Shown piece after piece: positions 1-13,356 of a stretch of DNA of 64,000 nt. This DNA is from Octopus sinensis (Eukaryota). The first letter of the stretch is position 1. Each line of letters opens with the position of its first letter. The notes under the pieces are model-generated. The model was not told where the DNA came from. It made no database searches and saw nothing but the letters and a program-made list of their open reading frames with translations. Both the position numbers and the translations under genes were made by a program. The stretch spans positions 103,168,001 to 103,232,000 of the forward strand of contig NC_043000.1 of assembly GCF_006345805.1 (NCBI RefSeq), given 5' to 3'.

Positions 1-335
1 GTGACAAATATTGACTTTTATATTACTAATATAATCTGTCCATCGAGTTTCATTACAGTTTCCTTAACCCGGTATGACTCACAGGGCTTGGGTCTAGTAG
101 AAGTTCAAGATGCGTCACATAGCTGTATTGAACCCGGAACCTCGTGACTGACAAGATGTCTTTGTTGAACCCATGATAAATCCATGCTGCAACAATAGTA
201 CGTACACACACATAAATAGACACACAGGCGCACATGCGTACATACGCGCGCACGTACATGCGCCATGTTCAGACACATACACAGAAAAATATTAAAACAA
301 AGCTACACAACTCTTTCAAAATTAATATTCTCAAT

Positions 336-471
336 AGCTTGCTAACCAACCACATGGTTCCGGGTTCAGTCCCACTGCGTGGCATCTTGGGCAAGTGTCT
401 TCTGCTATAGGCCCGGGCCGACCAATGCCTTGTGAGTGGATTTGGTAGACGGAAACTGAAAGAAGCCTGTC

Positions 472-472
<1 letters not shown>
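336..472 (+). mobile_element. SINE family A, tRNA-like head only, running into (TA)n
   Basis: AGCTTGCT..CCAACCACATGGTTCCGGGTTCAGTCCCACTGCGTGGC...GGAAACTGAAAGAAGCCTGTCGTA matches the heads of full copies at 19241 and 20081. Confidence 0.85.
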
Positions 473-510
<38 letters not shown>

Positions 511-514
<4 letters not shown>

Positions 515-854
515 CTGGTATACCGTATACCAGATTAAGTGCCAGGAGGGAGCTTGCGCGGCTAACCCGGAGTCATACATAGGTGAGACCTCTAGAAGCA
601 TCAATGATAGGTTCAAAGAACACCTGGACAACTACATTGAAAGGAAGCCAAACTCCATCTTCTACCAACATGCTGTAGACTGCCACAAGGGATCCTTAGG
701 GGAGCTTAAGTTGAACATCCTATCAACACATCCCACCGATGCAATGCTGAGACAGGTCACAGAAGCTGTTTGTATACAAGAATACAAACCTACTCTCAAC
801 CGAAAGTCCGAATGGAATAACATCCAGAACCCATTCAGAAGGATTATTCTATAA
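511..854 (+). pseudogene. Penelope-like element GIY-YIG endonuclease fragment (5'-truncated)
   Basis: Translation VYQIKC..C....YIGETSRSINDRFKEH...FYQH...H...EAVCIQEYKPTLNRKSEW has the PLE-type GIY-YIG pattern with extra Cys/His; it starts directly after (TA)n. Confidence 0.85.
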
Positions 855-1219
855 CCACCCCTCTCTCTCTCTCCCTTTCACCTGTAGTCCTTACATACAG
901 GTTGCAATGCGTATGTGCAGTTATATACAACGGTATGAGCAGACGTTGTTTGATACGAACAGTTACACCTAGGCGTTGTATCCATTCACGGTTAGACGAT
1001 GATGAGAGGAACAAACACACACCCACACACATATATATATGTGTGTGCGTCTTATACTAACATATATGTTAAATATGTATACAACCTTCAGCAAAGTAAC
1101 AGTCATGTACACAACTTGGACGGACACATGCCAGTACACGGACATACGTTCACATACACATACACATGTACACACTCTCACGGACACATCTACCCATTCT
1201 CCTAGACACTCACATACAT

Positions 1220-1457
1220 ACGTAGCACATGAATACAAACATACATACATACCTACGTATGGGCATACACACGTACATACGCACGTACATGTACGCACAC
1301 ACATACATGGGCACATGCATACGAGCGCGTATACATACATACGCACATGCGTACGTATGTACATACCACATACATACATACATACAACATAACATACATA
1401 CATACATACATACATACATACATACATACATACATACGCACATACATACATACATAC
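1220..1457. repeat. (TACA)n / (CA)n compound microsatellite
   Basis: Direct reading; explains the MYVC/HTYI ORFs. Confidence 0.95.
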
Positions 1458-1846
1458 GAACAATAGTAAAACATTAGTTCTGTGATATAGAGATAAAAAT
1501 CTGATAATAGATTTTAGGGTATAGTTCTTGTGAGCAAGCGTCATAAATTCACTTTCTAGCCTCGGCCGTAGGGAGTTGAAATTTGATAGCGTTGTGATGA
1601 GTGGTCACTCTACATCCATCCATCGCTACAGGTTTATAACTTTATGTTTTATAGAGTGTATGTGCGTGCTTATACAAACAGTACATATATACATACATAC
1701 ATACCATACATACATTACAACATACATGCACACACAGGCGTATGTGCGTACATGCATACGTACATACTACACACACATGTATGCATACATACACACATAC
1801 ATACGTACAATATATGACGAACTAACTGTTACTTTCTTAGATGCAG

Positions 1847-1982
1847 CACGGACTTGTCAGTGAACAGGTCGCGGATTTTAGCGACGAAAATATTTTGACA
1901 AATTAAACTTAAATGTTGGAGTGAATCGAACGGCTTTTGTGTGTGTTTCTTAAATGGCTTAAAACACCTTCCACGCTGCAAT

Positions 1983-1985
<3 letters not shown>
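1847..1985 (+). repeat. Dispersed repeat, second copy at about 19930-20065
   Basis: GTGAACAGGTCGCGG...AGCGACGAAAATATTTTGACAAATT...ACACCTTCCACGCTG is shared between the two loci. Confidence 0.8.
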
Positions 1986-2026
<41 letters not shown>

Positions 2027-2048
2027 TATGTATATATTGCATATATAC

Positions 2049-3590
2049 TTTGATAGGTTTCGGCCATTATTGGGCCAGGCCATGTCTAACTTAATAGCAC
2101 CACCTGGTGAAGTCTTTCAAGTCAGAATTTGGGCACTATGGCCCACTCAAGTAGAGAGTTATTGTTTACAGAGACATATCCAGGTGTAGGGGGTTTATCC
2201 GGGATTTCTTGAAGGAATCTGTCCAAAGACTTCTTGAACCCTATAGGGTCAGTTTCTGTTTTAATGTGTTTTGTGTAATGTTAAAGAGAGCGGGGCCAAT
2301 GAGGTGAAATAATTGTGCTGTATTGTTGTTATGAGATGAGAGTGCGATTTTTGTTTTGGGCGGATGGCACGGGGCCCAAGCCTTGGATGTACCTTAAAGG
2401 TGATGCCAACATCATTTGGGCAATGCTGATGGAATATTTTCCACATCATGCAGATGATGTAGCGCTCACGACGACGTTGGAGAGAATAGAGTTTAGCTTT
2501 TCTAGTCGACCCCAATAGTCGAGGCCTGTCATGCCATCTATCTTTTTTGTGATTGCCCTTTGAGGTGCTTCAACTTTTATGATACCTTGTTGTGTGGGGG
2601 AGACCACAGTGGACAACAGTATTCAAGGTGGGGTCGGGCAAAAGTGGAGAAGAGAAGGATAATGGTGTGGATATCTCTCGACTGGAAAGTTCTGAGATCC
2701 AGGAACACATTCTGCGGGCCATGTCAATTGGTGTTTATATGAGTGGCCCAGCTTATGTTGTTGTCCACAATTACTCCCAAGTCTCTGATGTTGTTGGACG
2801 CCGCGAGAGTTTCACCTGAAGGAAGGGAGTATGGGAGTTTCAGGGCATCCTCTTTTCCAAAGTGGATTAGCTCAAATTTATCCTCGTTCAGCAGCATATT
2901 GTTTTTTTCTGCCCATTGGATAACAGCCAGTAGATCTGACTGAAGGCATGTCCGGTCACTCGCCTCATTTATGACCTTCTGTAGCTTGGAGTCATCTGCA
3001 AAGATTTTTATGTTGCTGTGCTTGATGATGTCATTAATGTCATTAATGTAAATGATGAAAAGAAGTGGGCCCAGCACAGTGCCTTGCGGAACGCCACTAC
3101 TGACTTTGGCTGGGCTTGATTTTACCCCTTCAACTACAACATGTTGAGATCTGTCTGTCAGGAAACACTTGATCCATTTCAGTAACTTTCCAGAGGACAC
3201 CAATGTTGGATAGTTTTTTCAATAGGATCTTGTGATCGACCCTGTCGAAGGCCTTACTGAAATCAAGGTAGATGACATCGGTGTTGGAGCCCTCTCCCAA
3301 AGCTCTCAAAATGTCCTCAAAGTGATGCAGGAGCTGCGTTAGGCAGTCCCTTCCATTACGGAACCCATGTCGGTTGGAGATCAGCCGTCTGTTGCTTTCC
3401 AGAAATTGGGTTATTCGAGATCTCACCACCCTCTCAAATACCTTGATGATATGAGAGGTGAGTGAGATCGGACGGTAATTCACTGCAAGGGACTTGTTTC
3501 CCTTTTTGAAAACTGGGACAACAGACTGGGACAGAAGGTTTTTTGGAATATAGCCAGCATCCAGTGAGTTTCTCCACAGATTAGCAAGGG
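2049..3590 (-). mobile_element. CR1-group LINE, 5'-truncated, frameshifted RT ORF2 plus 3' UTR
   Basis: NYRPISLTS, YLDFSKAFDRVDH, SGVPQGTVLGPLLF, IFADD; the C-terminus YSLQRRRERY...EWAIVPKF* ends at 2122; at least 2 frameshifts. Confidence 0.93.
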
Positions 3591-3687
3591 GAGATATATA
3601 TTATATTATTATACGATTGAACGCCATGCATCCATTTCCAAGTAAGTTTATCTATCTATCTATCCTCTCTCTCTCTCTCTCTCTATA

Positions 3688-3723
<36 letters not shown>

Positions 3724-4274
3724 CATACATATGTGTACACACGAGTTTGTATATAGTTACGCATATTATATATATATATATATCAACACACACACATATG
3801 TGTATCCGAGCACGCTAATATACACGTATGCACATAGGTATATATCCATATTCAAGGACGTGTGCATATATATATATTATATGAACATGTAGTTTGTATA
3901 TGTAGATGTTTGTGTTTGTGTATGTATGTATGTATGTATGTATGTATGTATGTATGTATGTATGTATGTATGTATGTATGTATGTATATATGTATGTGCA
4001 TGCATGTATGTGTACAAGCACGTCCTCGATTGCTATGTCTGTGTCTCCAAAAATACAAGGATACATGCACAACCCACAGACTCCACTTCCTGGGTGATTG
4101 TCTACAATTAATTCTGAACATATTTTACCTTGAGCAATATTATCTATAACAGGATGTTATGACAGGTGTCTGTACATTCATAATTAAAATGCACTACCAC
4201 AATGTAATGGCATCCAGGAATTATCTTCAATTCAATAAGTGTGTTTCCATGTTTCTGTATATGCATTTATTTAA

Positions 4275-4371
<97 letters not shown>

Positions 4372-4527
4372 CCTACCTACCTACCTACCTGTCTGTCTGT
4401 CTGGCTGGCTGGCTGGCTGTCTCACTGTCTGTTTTTCTGTCTGTCTCTCATTCGGTCAGTCCGAGGTCTGTTACTCTCTTCTCTCCCTCCTTCCCCCCCT
4501 CTCAATCTATATATGTATATACACACA

Positions 4528-4565
<38 letters not shown>

Positions 4566-4650
4566 TATATATATACACATATATATATATATACATATAT
4601 ATATACACCACACACACACACACACACACCACACATATATATATAATATA
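4275..4650. repeat. Compound microsatellite (TATC)n-(TACC)n-(TGTC)n-(TA)n-(CA)n
   Basis: Direct reading. Confidence 0.95.
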
Positions 4651-5255
4651 TATATATCTGTAATATAATATGTGACAATTATTCTGTTACCATAATAAAA
4701 CTCCGAGTTTCGGATGTCGGGGCGGTCATGGAAATGCAGCTTAGACCCCACTACATGTCTAAATTCAAGAAGTGAACTTTTTGTATCATGTCCACATATG
4801 GCTAAATATTTGTTGCGTTTTGGGTCCCCGCCAAGATCACAGATAGGACCAGCTTTTTATATTGTGTCCGCGTACAAGCATTTTATCCCTCTCTCTATAT
4901 TTATATATATTTTTATTTTTATATATATTTTTATATATTTTTATTGCTTTATATATTTTTACATATTTTTTCTGTATATCACCTTTCACTCTGCATTTTT
5001 TGTGCATGTGCGTATATAGACGTGTATAGGAACATATTTGTGCGCGTATGGGTATATATATACGTGTGTGTGTACATGTGTGCGGGTATGTATATGTATA
5101 CATGTATATGGTTGCATATATATGTATATATATATAGGTGCATGTGTGGGTGTGCATGCATGTGTTTCACACGAGTGTGAGTGAGCACATGCATATATAG
5201 CATATGCATATTTTAAACGTGCATAATATAATTGAGCGCGTATGTGTATGTGTAC

Positions 5256-5287
<32 letters not shown>

Positions 5288-5349
5288 GTGCGGATATGTA
5301 TATGTGTACATGTATATGGTTGCATATATATCTATGTATGTATCTGTAT

Positions 5350-5544
5350 GTCTGTGTTTGTCGCTCCACAATCGTTTGACGACCGATGCTGGTGTGTTTA
5401 CGTCCCCCGTAACTTAGCGGTTCGGCAAAAGGGACCGACAGAATAGGTACTAGGCTTACAAAGAGTAAACCCTATGGGTGATTGTTCGACTAAAGGCGGT
5501 GCTCCAGCATGACCGCCGTCACATGACCGAAACAAGTAAAAGAA
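5350..5544 (+). mobile_element. SINE family A, 3' body
   Basis: GACCGATGCTGGTGTGTTTACGTCCCC.TAACTTAGCGGTTCGGCAAAA...GGCGGTGCTCCAGCATG...GAAACAAGTAAAAGA. Confidence 0.85.
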
Positions 5545-5948
5545 CACAAAGAATAAAATATATAACGCATAAGTTTACCGAAGAGCAGAAATCTGATTTA
5601 TAATCAGAAGTGTGTGACAACAAATTTTGATTGGGCATGAACGTGGTAACGCTAATTTTTAGCCATAGCCGAAGAGGAATTATTAAACTTGCTTATATTA
5701 GCTGTATTTTTGTTTTGAGAATATTGACAATGATAACAGATTTTCTAATTAATTATTTATGATTGCGTTTCTATAACTCAACGCATTTTCTGTTGTTGAA
5801 TCTTAAATTATGGGATTATGTAGAGTAAAAACATATGATATTCATATCAGACATTTAAACGAAGAATTTATAATGATGATAATCAGACAGATGAAGAGAG
5901 GAAAGAAAAGTAATAGAATCAATGGAAGGAAGATGATAACTTTACATA

Positions 5949-6135
5949 ATATTGGTTTCAAATTTTGGTGCGAGGCCAGCCATTTTGAAGGAGGGGTCTA
6001 GTCGATCACAACGACCCCAATACTCAACTGGTATTTATTTTATCGATCCCGAAAGTATGATAAGCAAAGTCGACCTCGGCGGAATTTGACCGACGAAATG
6101 CAGTTAAACATTTTGGCCAGCATACTAACGGCTCT
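5949..6135 (-). mobile_element. SINE family C
   Basis: Reverse complement of the core GTCGACTTTGC.TTTCATCCTTTCGGGGTCGATAAAATAAGTACCAG and the tail GTGCCAAAATTTGAAACC. Confidence 0.8.
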
Positions 6136-6705
6136 GTAAGATCACCGACTTATAACGTTACATAATGTCAAAGGAGTGTCATGGAATCTCTGAATTCTTC
6201 AATTTCATGAATTGTTTTTAGAGCAACTCATCCCAAGAGTTATAGACCACTTTAGTAATGAATTTCTCACTGCTGCACTCTCAAGATAAACGAATTTCTC
6301 AGCTATTACTATTCTATTCAAGTAAATTCTCCAATTTGGAACACTAATATAACCTACTAAAAGTACTAAGACGTCGAACTAACGAATAAGCTTTAAACTA
6401 TGAAATTGGTAAATATAACAATAACTTCTTCAAACTACATTTTTCCGTCTTAAAAAATAATTGTTCTCAATACCACTTTTTTTTAAAGTTACAGTAGAGA
6501 TGACCTTAAGCACAGTTCTGCCCAATTAGAGCTGATTTTTGTCTAAACAATACTAAAGCTCGAATGTTATCGTAATTTGTAAATCAGTAATTCCACTAAT
6601 CTCCATCTACAATTGATCTAAACATGTTTAAATTCTTTCTTTTTAGATACGTCAAGAATGTCTTCCCTTATAAATATAACCGTGATATTCAAAGTATGGA
6701 GCTTT

Positions 6706-7073
6706 TATCGTTTACTTATTTCACTCATTAACATGTGGCCATGCTGGAGAACCACCTTAAAGGTTTTAGGCAAACAACAATTATTTTATTTTTAAGACTT
6801 GTACTTTTTCTCTTAAGGGACGTGAACAAACCATTAACGGTTGTCAAGCTGGAGAGGGGAACAGATGCAAATACACAAATGTAAAGACATAAATACATAC
6901 ACACACACACACACAGATGTATATTCGACGGGCTTCTTTCCATTTCCATCTACCTACCAAATCCATCTACTCAATAGGCTTTGCTCGGCCCGGAACTATA
7001 GTAGAAAGAAACTCACCCAAAGTGCCACGCAGTGAGATGAACCCAAGACCATGTAGTTGGGAAGCAAACTTCT
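6706..7073 (-). mobile_element. SINE family A, split from its first ~30 nt (8770-8800) by a 1.7-kb insertion
   Basis: Body, internal (CA)n and head lacking GGCTGTGTGGTA, which is found at 8784-8795. Confidence 0.8.
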
Positions 7074-8769
7074 ATATTTCATGAAATTGACCATGAAGGA
7101 CTTACATAGAGGGAACAAGGTGGGGACAAAAAAAACCCCAAAAAAACCCCAGCAAAACGAATGGAAAAGATGAACTGAATATAATGAAACAATGGAATAA
7201 ATCTGTTCGGCCCCTCCTCCGAGCGACTTCATTGAACCTGTTAATACAACTTGATTTTTTCGGATACTGGTTTATAACACTATTTGTAACACCGTTTGTA
7301 ACAACTAGCTTTCATTTTTACGCAAAATGTTTATATTATATTTTTTTTTGAATATCAATACAGCTTATCCGTTCTAGCATTGTGCTGGTGTCTATTTTCT
7401 TTACCCACCACTCATAGTCAAAGTCTTCCTCATAATCCGTTAATCTTGAAAGGCACCCCGAGTCTGCCATTACACAGCGCATGTACCCGGGCAACCCCTT
7501 TACTCCTGTTATATCTACTTTTATCACTCTATTCCACGAGTTTATCTCATTATCAAGTTATTCATTTTCTCCATCGTACAGTATGACATATTTTTCATTA
7601 CCAGGTGAGGGTGGGGAAATTTGGGGCTCCTATGTGCTTGTGCTTGTCTTTATGTCAGGTGGGGCATAAAGAGTGTTAGTATCTCTTGGGAGTGGTTGGG
7701 GAAGAGTGGATGTGGGTGGGAGTCGGGTAGGTGTGGAATGGGGTCGTCATTTACAACCTGTACTCTTTTTCTTCGTTTTCTTTTTTCTTCCAAGCCGCTT
7801 CGCATCCGCTCCTTTCCTCGTTCACTTCCACCTCCGCGATGCTGGTACTAGTTTTCGTCGGAAGTGAAGTCTCAATTTCCCACTCATTCTCTTGTTTCTC
7901 TTTATCCTTCACGAGTGGTGGAAGACAGTCCGCTCCAATGTGGCCTTTAAGGCAACATTTATAGCACCGCGGGATCCTTCCTTCCACTCTAACAGTGATG
8001 GTCTCGGCCATATTTTCAATATCTTCCTCTGCAACTTTTATCCATGCCAGGTTTTGTCCTTGCCAGTTCATGTGAGGTGTTCTGGTGGCGTGGAGGACCA
8101 CCACCTTCTCCATGCCTAGCAGTATGGCAGTTACTAGCCAAGCTACCTCCACTTCTGAGAGTATTTCCTCTACCTTAACCCTGGAAGCACGTCTCCCAAG
8201 GTATACGAGTAGAAGCACCATTTCGTCTGTTCTCAACGGTTTAGCCTGGTGTTAACTACCTCCTGGAACTGCACCTCCACCATTCCAAACTTTTTTCCTC
8301 TGGCAAGGTAGGAAATCCCTTGCCAGATAGGTCTAAGTGCCTTTTCGATTTGTACTGTCGACGTGACTTCAATTCTCTTTGCTGCTACAGAATACGTCCT
8401 GTAAATAATTGTTCTTTCTTATTTCTCCTTTAAAACTTTTTTGGGAGGGAACCCTTTCACTTCGTTCCCCTCCCTTTTAAGCATTTTAAAAAATTTACTT
8501 AATTCTTCCAGACTCACGTCCTCACTTTTTTCTTCTTTTGCCGCTGTAGCATAATTTTTTGCTTCCATTTTCTCATAAATTCTATTTAAGCATTCTGCCA
8601 TCTCTCCTCAGACGACACAAAGTGCGAAAGTCTGAACAATTCAAGCCTTCACAGCTCCTCACACGACGCCCATCCATTAAACAAGCGGAAAAACGTCGCA
8701 CCGCCAAGACAACCAAAAAACACGTGTGTTACACTCAAAATCCACAATCCAACTGCCAAACGCTATACC
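7074..8769 (-). mobile_element. Non-autonomous retroelement carrying only a decayed gag-like/ORF1 with a CCHC zinc knuckle
   Basis: Frameshifted ORF from 8601 to about 7750 with CYKCCLKGHIGADC (CX2CX4HX4C); flanked by GGAAGCAA(A/G)CTTCT at 7060-7073 and 8770-8783; no RT or endonuclease motif seen. Confidence 0.7.
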
Positions 8770-9099
8770 GGAAGCAAGCTTCTTACCACACAGCCATGAC
8801 TGGATCTGAATAGCGAAAAAGGGAATGTTTTTATTTATTCACGGATTCTTTTCCGAAAAAATAAACAGATACGAGATGGAATTACCAGCAAAATACACAC
8901 GCAAAAATCATTGGCTTCTATTACCCTTGCTACTGCTAATACTATAGTTATTTGATGCACCCTTAATATTTAAGTATCTACTGACTGAAATACAGGAAAT
9001 AGGTATATTTCTGATGATACTAATCTTTTTATATATGAAATAAAATTAAAATGCACTAATCCTTATAACTATATATTAATCCTTAAATCCGACGCATAT

Positions 9100-9325
9100 G
9101 TGTGTGTGTGTGTCTGTAGTTGCGTGTCTGCTTTTGTGTTCGTCCGTAATCCCATTTCTTGATAACCGGTTTTGGTTTGCTTACATCGCTCTAACTTAGA
9201 GGTAGATTTTAAAAAAAAACCTATTGAACAAATACTGGGGTAGATTTGTTCGACTAACCTCTAAAAGATGGTGCCCCAGCAAGGCCACAATCCAATGACT
9301 GTAACCAAGTAAAAGATTAAAAGTT
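9100..9325 (+). mobile_element. SINE family A body, old and degraded
   Basis: Recognisable TTGATAACCGG..GGTTTGCTTAC..TAACTTAG and GGTGCCCCAGCA.GGCCACA.TCCAATGACTG.AACCAAGTAAAAGA. Confidence 0.65.
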
Positions 9326-9463
9326 ACACTTCTTTTTACCATTCTTCTAAATATAAATATTCTCTATCTCATACACGCAAACATACATACATACATACAT
9401 ACATACATACATACATACATACATACATACATGCATGCATGCATACATACATACATACATAAA

Positions 9464-9495
<32 letters not shown>

Positions 9496-9584
9496 CATAT
9501 ACATACATAGATACATACATACATACATACATACATAGACAAACACACACATACACATGGATATAAGCACACATATGCACACAG

Positions 9585-9797
9585 CTTTCTCTCACTCTTT
9601 CTTCCTATTTCTGTTGTATTTGTATATCAAAGGGCCAGTCTTGTCGAACTCTCTGTCACGCTGAATCTTCCCGAGAACTACATTAAGAGTACACGTGTCT
9701 GTGGAGTGCTCAGCCACTTGCACGTTTATTTCACGAGCAGCCTGTTTCGTTGATCGGATCAACTGGAACCCTCGTCGTCGTAACCGACGGAGTGCCA
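9585..9797 (+). mobile_element. SINE family B (tail 1), 5'-truncated
   Basis: Matches the 3' half of 13626-14007, ending GGAACCCTCGTCGTCGTAACCGACGGAGTGC. Confidence 0.88.
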
Positions 9798-10356
9798 CGA
9801 CTGCTTTCATTGCTAGATTTTCTAATACTTAGATGTGTGTGTGTGTGTGAACGCGCGTATGTGGGTGTGTATACACAAACACAGATACACACACACAAAC
9901 AATCACACAAACAATGTGAAATATTCTTCCTGTGCTCTGAATAAAAATAGCAAAAACTAGATTTGCCTTCCAGATCTCTTGATTTCATCAAATCACATTT
10001 AACCTGATAATTGATACCTCACAGTCACAAGAATCGGCATACCAATATTCTATTCGCACTTTTCGTGGTCTCTCTCGCTCCGTCTTCTCTCTCGCTCTCT
10101 CGCTCTCTCTCTGTGTCTTTCTCTCTCTTTTTCCTATTCTCGGAGATTCAGTGCCAACTAGAACATCTACAGAGCGAACATAAATATGTTTACATATATC
10201 GAATTTAATAATCCAAATACCATGCGATGCCTTATTTCATTACGAATATGTATACATATGAGAAATGCATAATACACGCACCTATTCGTATAAATATCTA
10301 TGTTTACGTCACGGCACACACACAATCACGCATCACTAATATATATATGTATATAT

Positions 10357-10464
<108 letters not shown>

Positions 10465-10514
10465 ATGTATATGTTTTATGTGTATTATGTATAAAAAAAA
10501 CACACACACACACA

Positions 10515-10545
<31 letters not shown>

Positions 10546-10777
10546 CACACACACCACACACACACACACACACGTATAAATATATTTTATTGGCATAACA
10601 ACAAGCATTTGTAGAAGACGTTATGGGCGACTAAACTGATTACAGGAGATTACTTGAAGCTATATTATCCAATTCAAAGAGGTCTGAAAGCGGATATACA
10701 AGCAATAATAGTATAAGTCTAAAAAAAAATCAAACCTAATGGGCATTATGGGAAAGTAATGCACATAAAACCAGAAT

Positions 10778-10991
10778 ATTGGTTTCAAATTTTGGCACAA
10801 GACCACCACTTTCAGGGGATGGAGCTAGTCGATTACCTCGACCTCAATGTTGAACTGGTACTTATTTTATCGACCCCGAGAGGATGAAAGGTAAAATCGA
10901 CTCGAGCGGAATTTGAACTCAGAAAATAAGGACGGACGAAATGCGGCAGAGTATTTTGCCCAGCGTGCTAATGATTGTACCACCACGCCGC
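10778..10991 (-). mobile_element. SINE family C
   Basis: Same core and tail as 5949-6135. Confidence 0.85.
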
Positions 10992-11533
10992 ATTTGGAGC
11001 CCAGTATACATATTAACTATCTAGCGTTCACGTCTCGACTATGTCTGTACTAAAAGCATATCTAATTAAATCCTTTGTTCTACTCCTCTCTATGCAAACT
11101 TATAGCTCCTCGGTAAATACTCGCCCATCTTCTCTCTGTCTCTGTCTGTCTGCCTCTCTCCCTCTCTCTCTCCATCACTCAGTCCTTACCTCATCCCGTC
11201 TGTTATGTTTGGAAATTTGTTATCATCTAATCAAACCAGGAGTGGCGTAATTTTCACTGTAACAGCGAAGGTAATATGTTTCAGATATTTCATAATGCTT
11301 AATTAACAGCCCCGTACAATAAGTCTTAAACCGCAGTCGGCCTAATTATATTATACTTTCCAAACCAATTCAAATATTGTATCCTTAACACGCATCTCAT
11401 ATTCAACGAGTTTGTCATAATAAATCAATTAAATATTTTCAAATACCTAGTGGAAAAGAGTCGAGCAGTGTTGAATAATAATACCGCTACATGCTCCAAC
11501 TAAAGCCAAACACCAAGTTGTTTTATTATTAAA

Positions 11534-11923
11534 CTAGCAGTATCGCCCGGCGTTGCTCGTGTTTGTAAGGGAAATAACTATATAAGCATTTTTAGAGAGT
11601 TATAGCAAAAAAAATGCATTAAAAATGGAATAAAAAATGATGGTAATTTTTTTTTAAATCGTTGACTCATCGTAGACATTTTTAGAGAGTTACTTCCCTT
11701 ATATAATAGCGAAAAAATGTATTAAAATGGAAAAATGATGGTAAATTTTATTTTTAATCGTAGACTCATCGTAGACGCGCGCTAATACCCAGAAGGGCTC
11801 GATATGAATCACGACTATAAGATACCCGGTTTTGGTTAAACTGCACCGCAAAATGTGGGAGTAGTTAGGAATCTAAATCGTAGGAGACAGACACTCACAC
11901 AACTTCACTTTTATATATATAGA
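11534..11923 (-). mobile_element. Non-autonomous Helitron
   Basis: The minus strand starts TCTATATATATAAAAG and ends with the hairpin ACACGAGCAACGCCGGGCG followed by CTAG; inserted in an A|T site with no TSD. Confidence 0.85.
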
Positions 11924-12142
11924 TGAACCTCGTATATCGAACGGGTTCTGTTTCATATATAAATATAAGGCAACCTGATTTATTTCTATTTTAATCTTCG
12001 CTTCTTTCTTTTATTTTTTTTTATTTGTCTTATTTTATTTATTTATCTATTTTTGTTGGCTGAGAATCGGTAAAATATGAAACATTGAGATGCAATTTGA
12101 GAAGTTTTCGGCTTGAAGCAATTTTTATTGTCATTATAATTA

Positions 12143-12510
12143 TCGTTGGGACATCGTACAATATGCTTAGCGGCATTTCAGTCGGTTTTTTCTTCTGAGT
12201 TCAAATTCCGCCGATGTCGAATTTGCGTTTTATCCTTTCGAGATCGATAAATTAAGTACAAGCTGAGCATTAACGATCTTTGTAATCGGCTGGTCCGTCA
12301 CCGAAAAATTTCAGCCATTGTCCCTATAGAAGAAAGCATTATCATTATAGTTACAAAGGCGGTGAGCTGGCAAAATCGCTAGAACACCGGACAAAATGCT
12401 AATCGGCATTTCTAGTTTTACTCAGAACGAGTTCAAATTCCACCAGTATCGACTTTGCTCTTCATCCTTTTTGAGGTCGGTGTAATACGTATCAGTCAAA
12501 CACTGGGAGG
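12143..12510 (+). mobile_element. Two degraded SINE family C copies in tandem
   Basis: TTCTGAGTTCAAATTCCGCCGATGTCGA...TCCTTTCGAGATCGATAAATTAAGTAC, then GGCGGTGAGCTGGCAAAATCGCTAG... from 12357. Confidence 0.7.
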
Positions 12511-12572
12511 GATGGGGAGATAGATGGATGGATGGACGGACGGACGGATGGATAGATAGATAATAAAAAATA

Positions 12573-12817
12573 TAAATGCGCCTGTTTTAAAGCCTAGCCA
12601 GGCTCATGGGCCCGGCTTCTATGGCGGATGTGTTCCCCAGCTGGACGGGACACCAGTCCATCGCAGCGTTACTCATTTTTGCCAGCTGAGTGGACTGGAG
12701 TAACGTGAAATGAAGTGTTTTGCTCAAGAACACAACGCGTCGCTCGGTCCAGGAATCGAAACCACAATCTTACGATCATGATGCTGACACCCTAACCATT
12801 AAGCCACACGCCTCCAC
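12573..12817 (-). mobile_element. SINE family D (copy 1 of a tandem duplication)
   Basis: Reverse complement has a tRNA-like head GTGGAGGCGTGTGGCTTAATGGTTAGGG...GGTTTCGATTCC; homologous to 29516-29760. Confidence 0.88.
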
Positions 12818-12819
12818 AT

Positions 12820-13356
<537 letters not shown>

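Noticed and set aside
969-1544. Long ORFs rich in MYVC, HTYI or IYIY (also 37562-40771, 43231-44224, 59016-59340)
   Set aside because: Translations of (TACA)n, (TA)n and (CA)n microsatellites that lack stop codons
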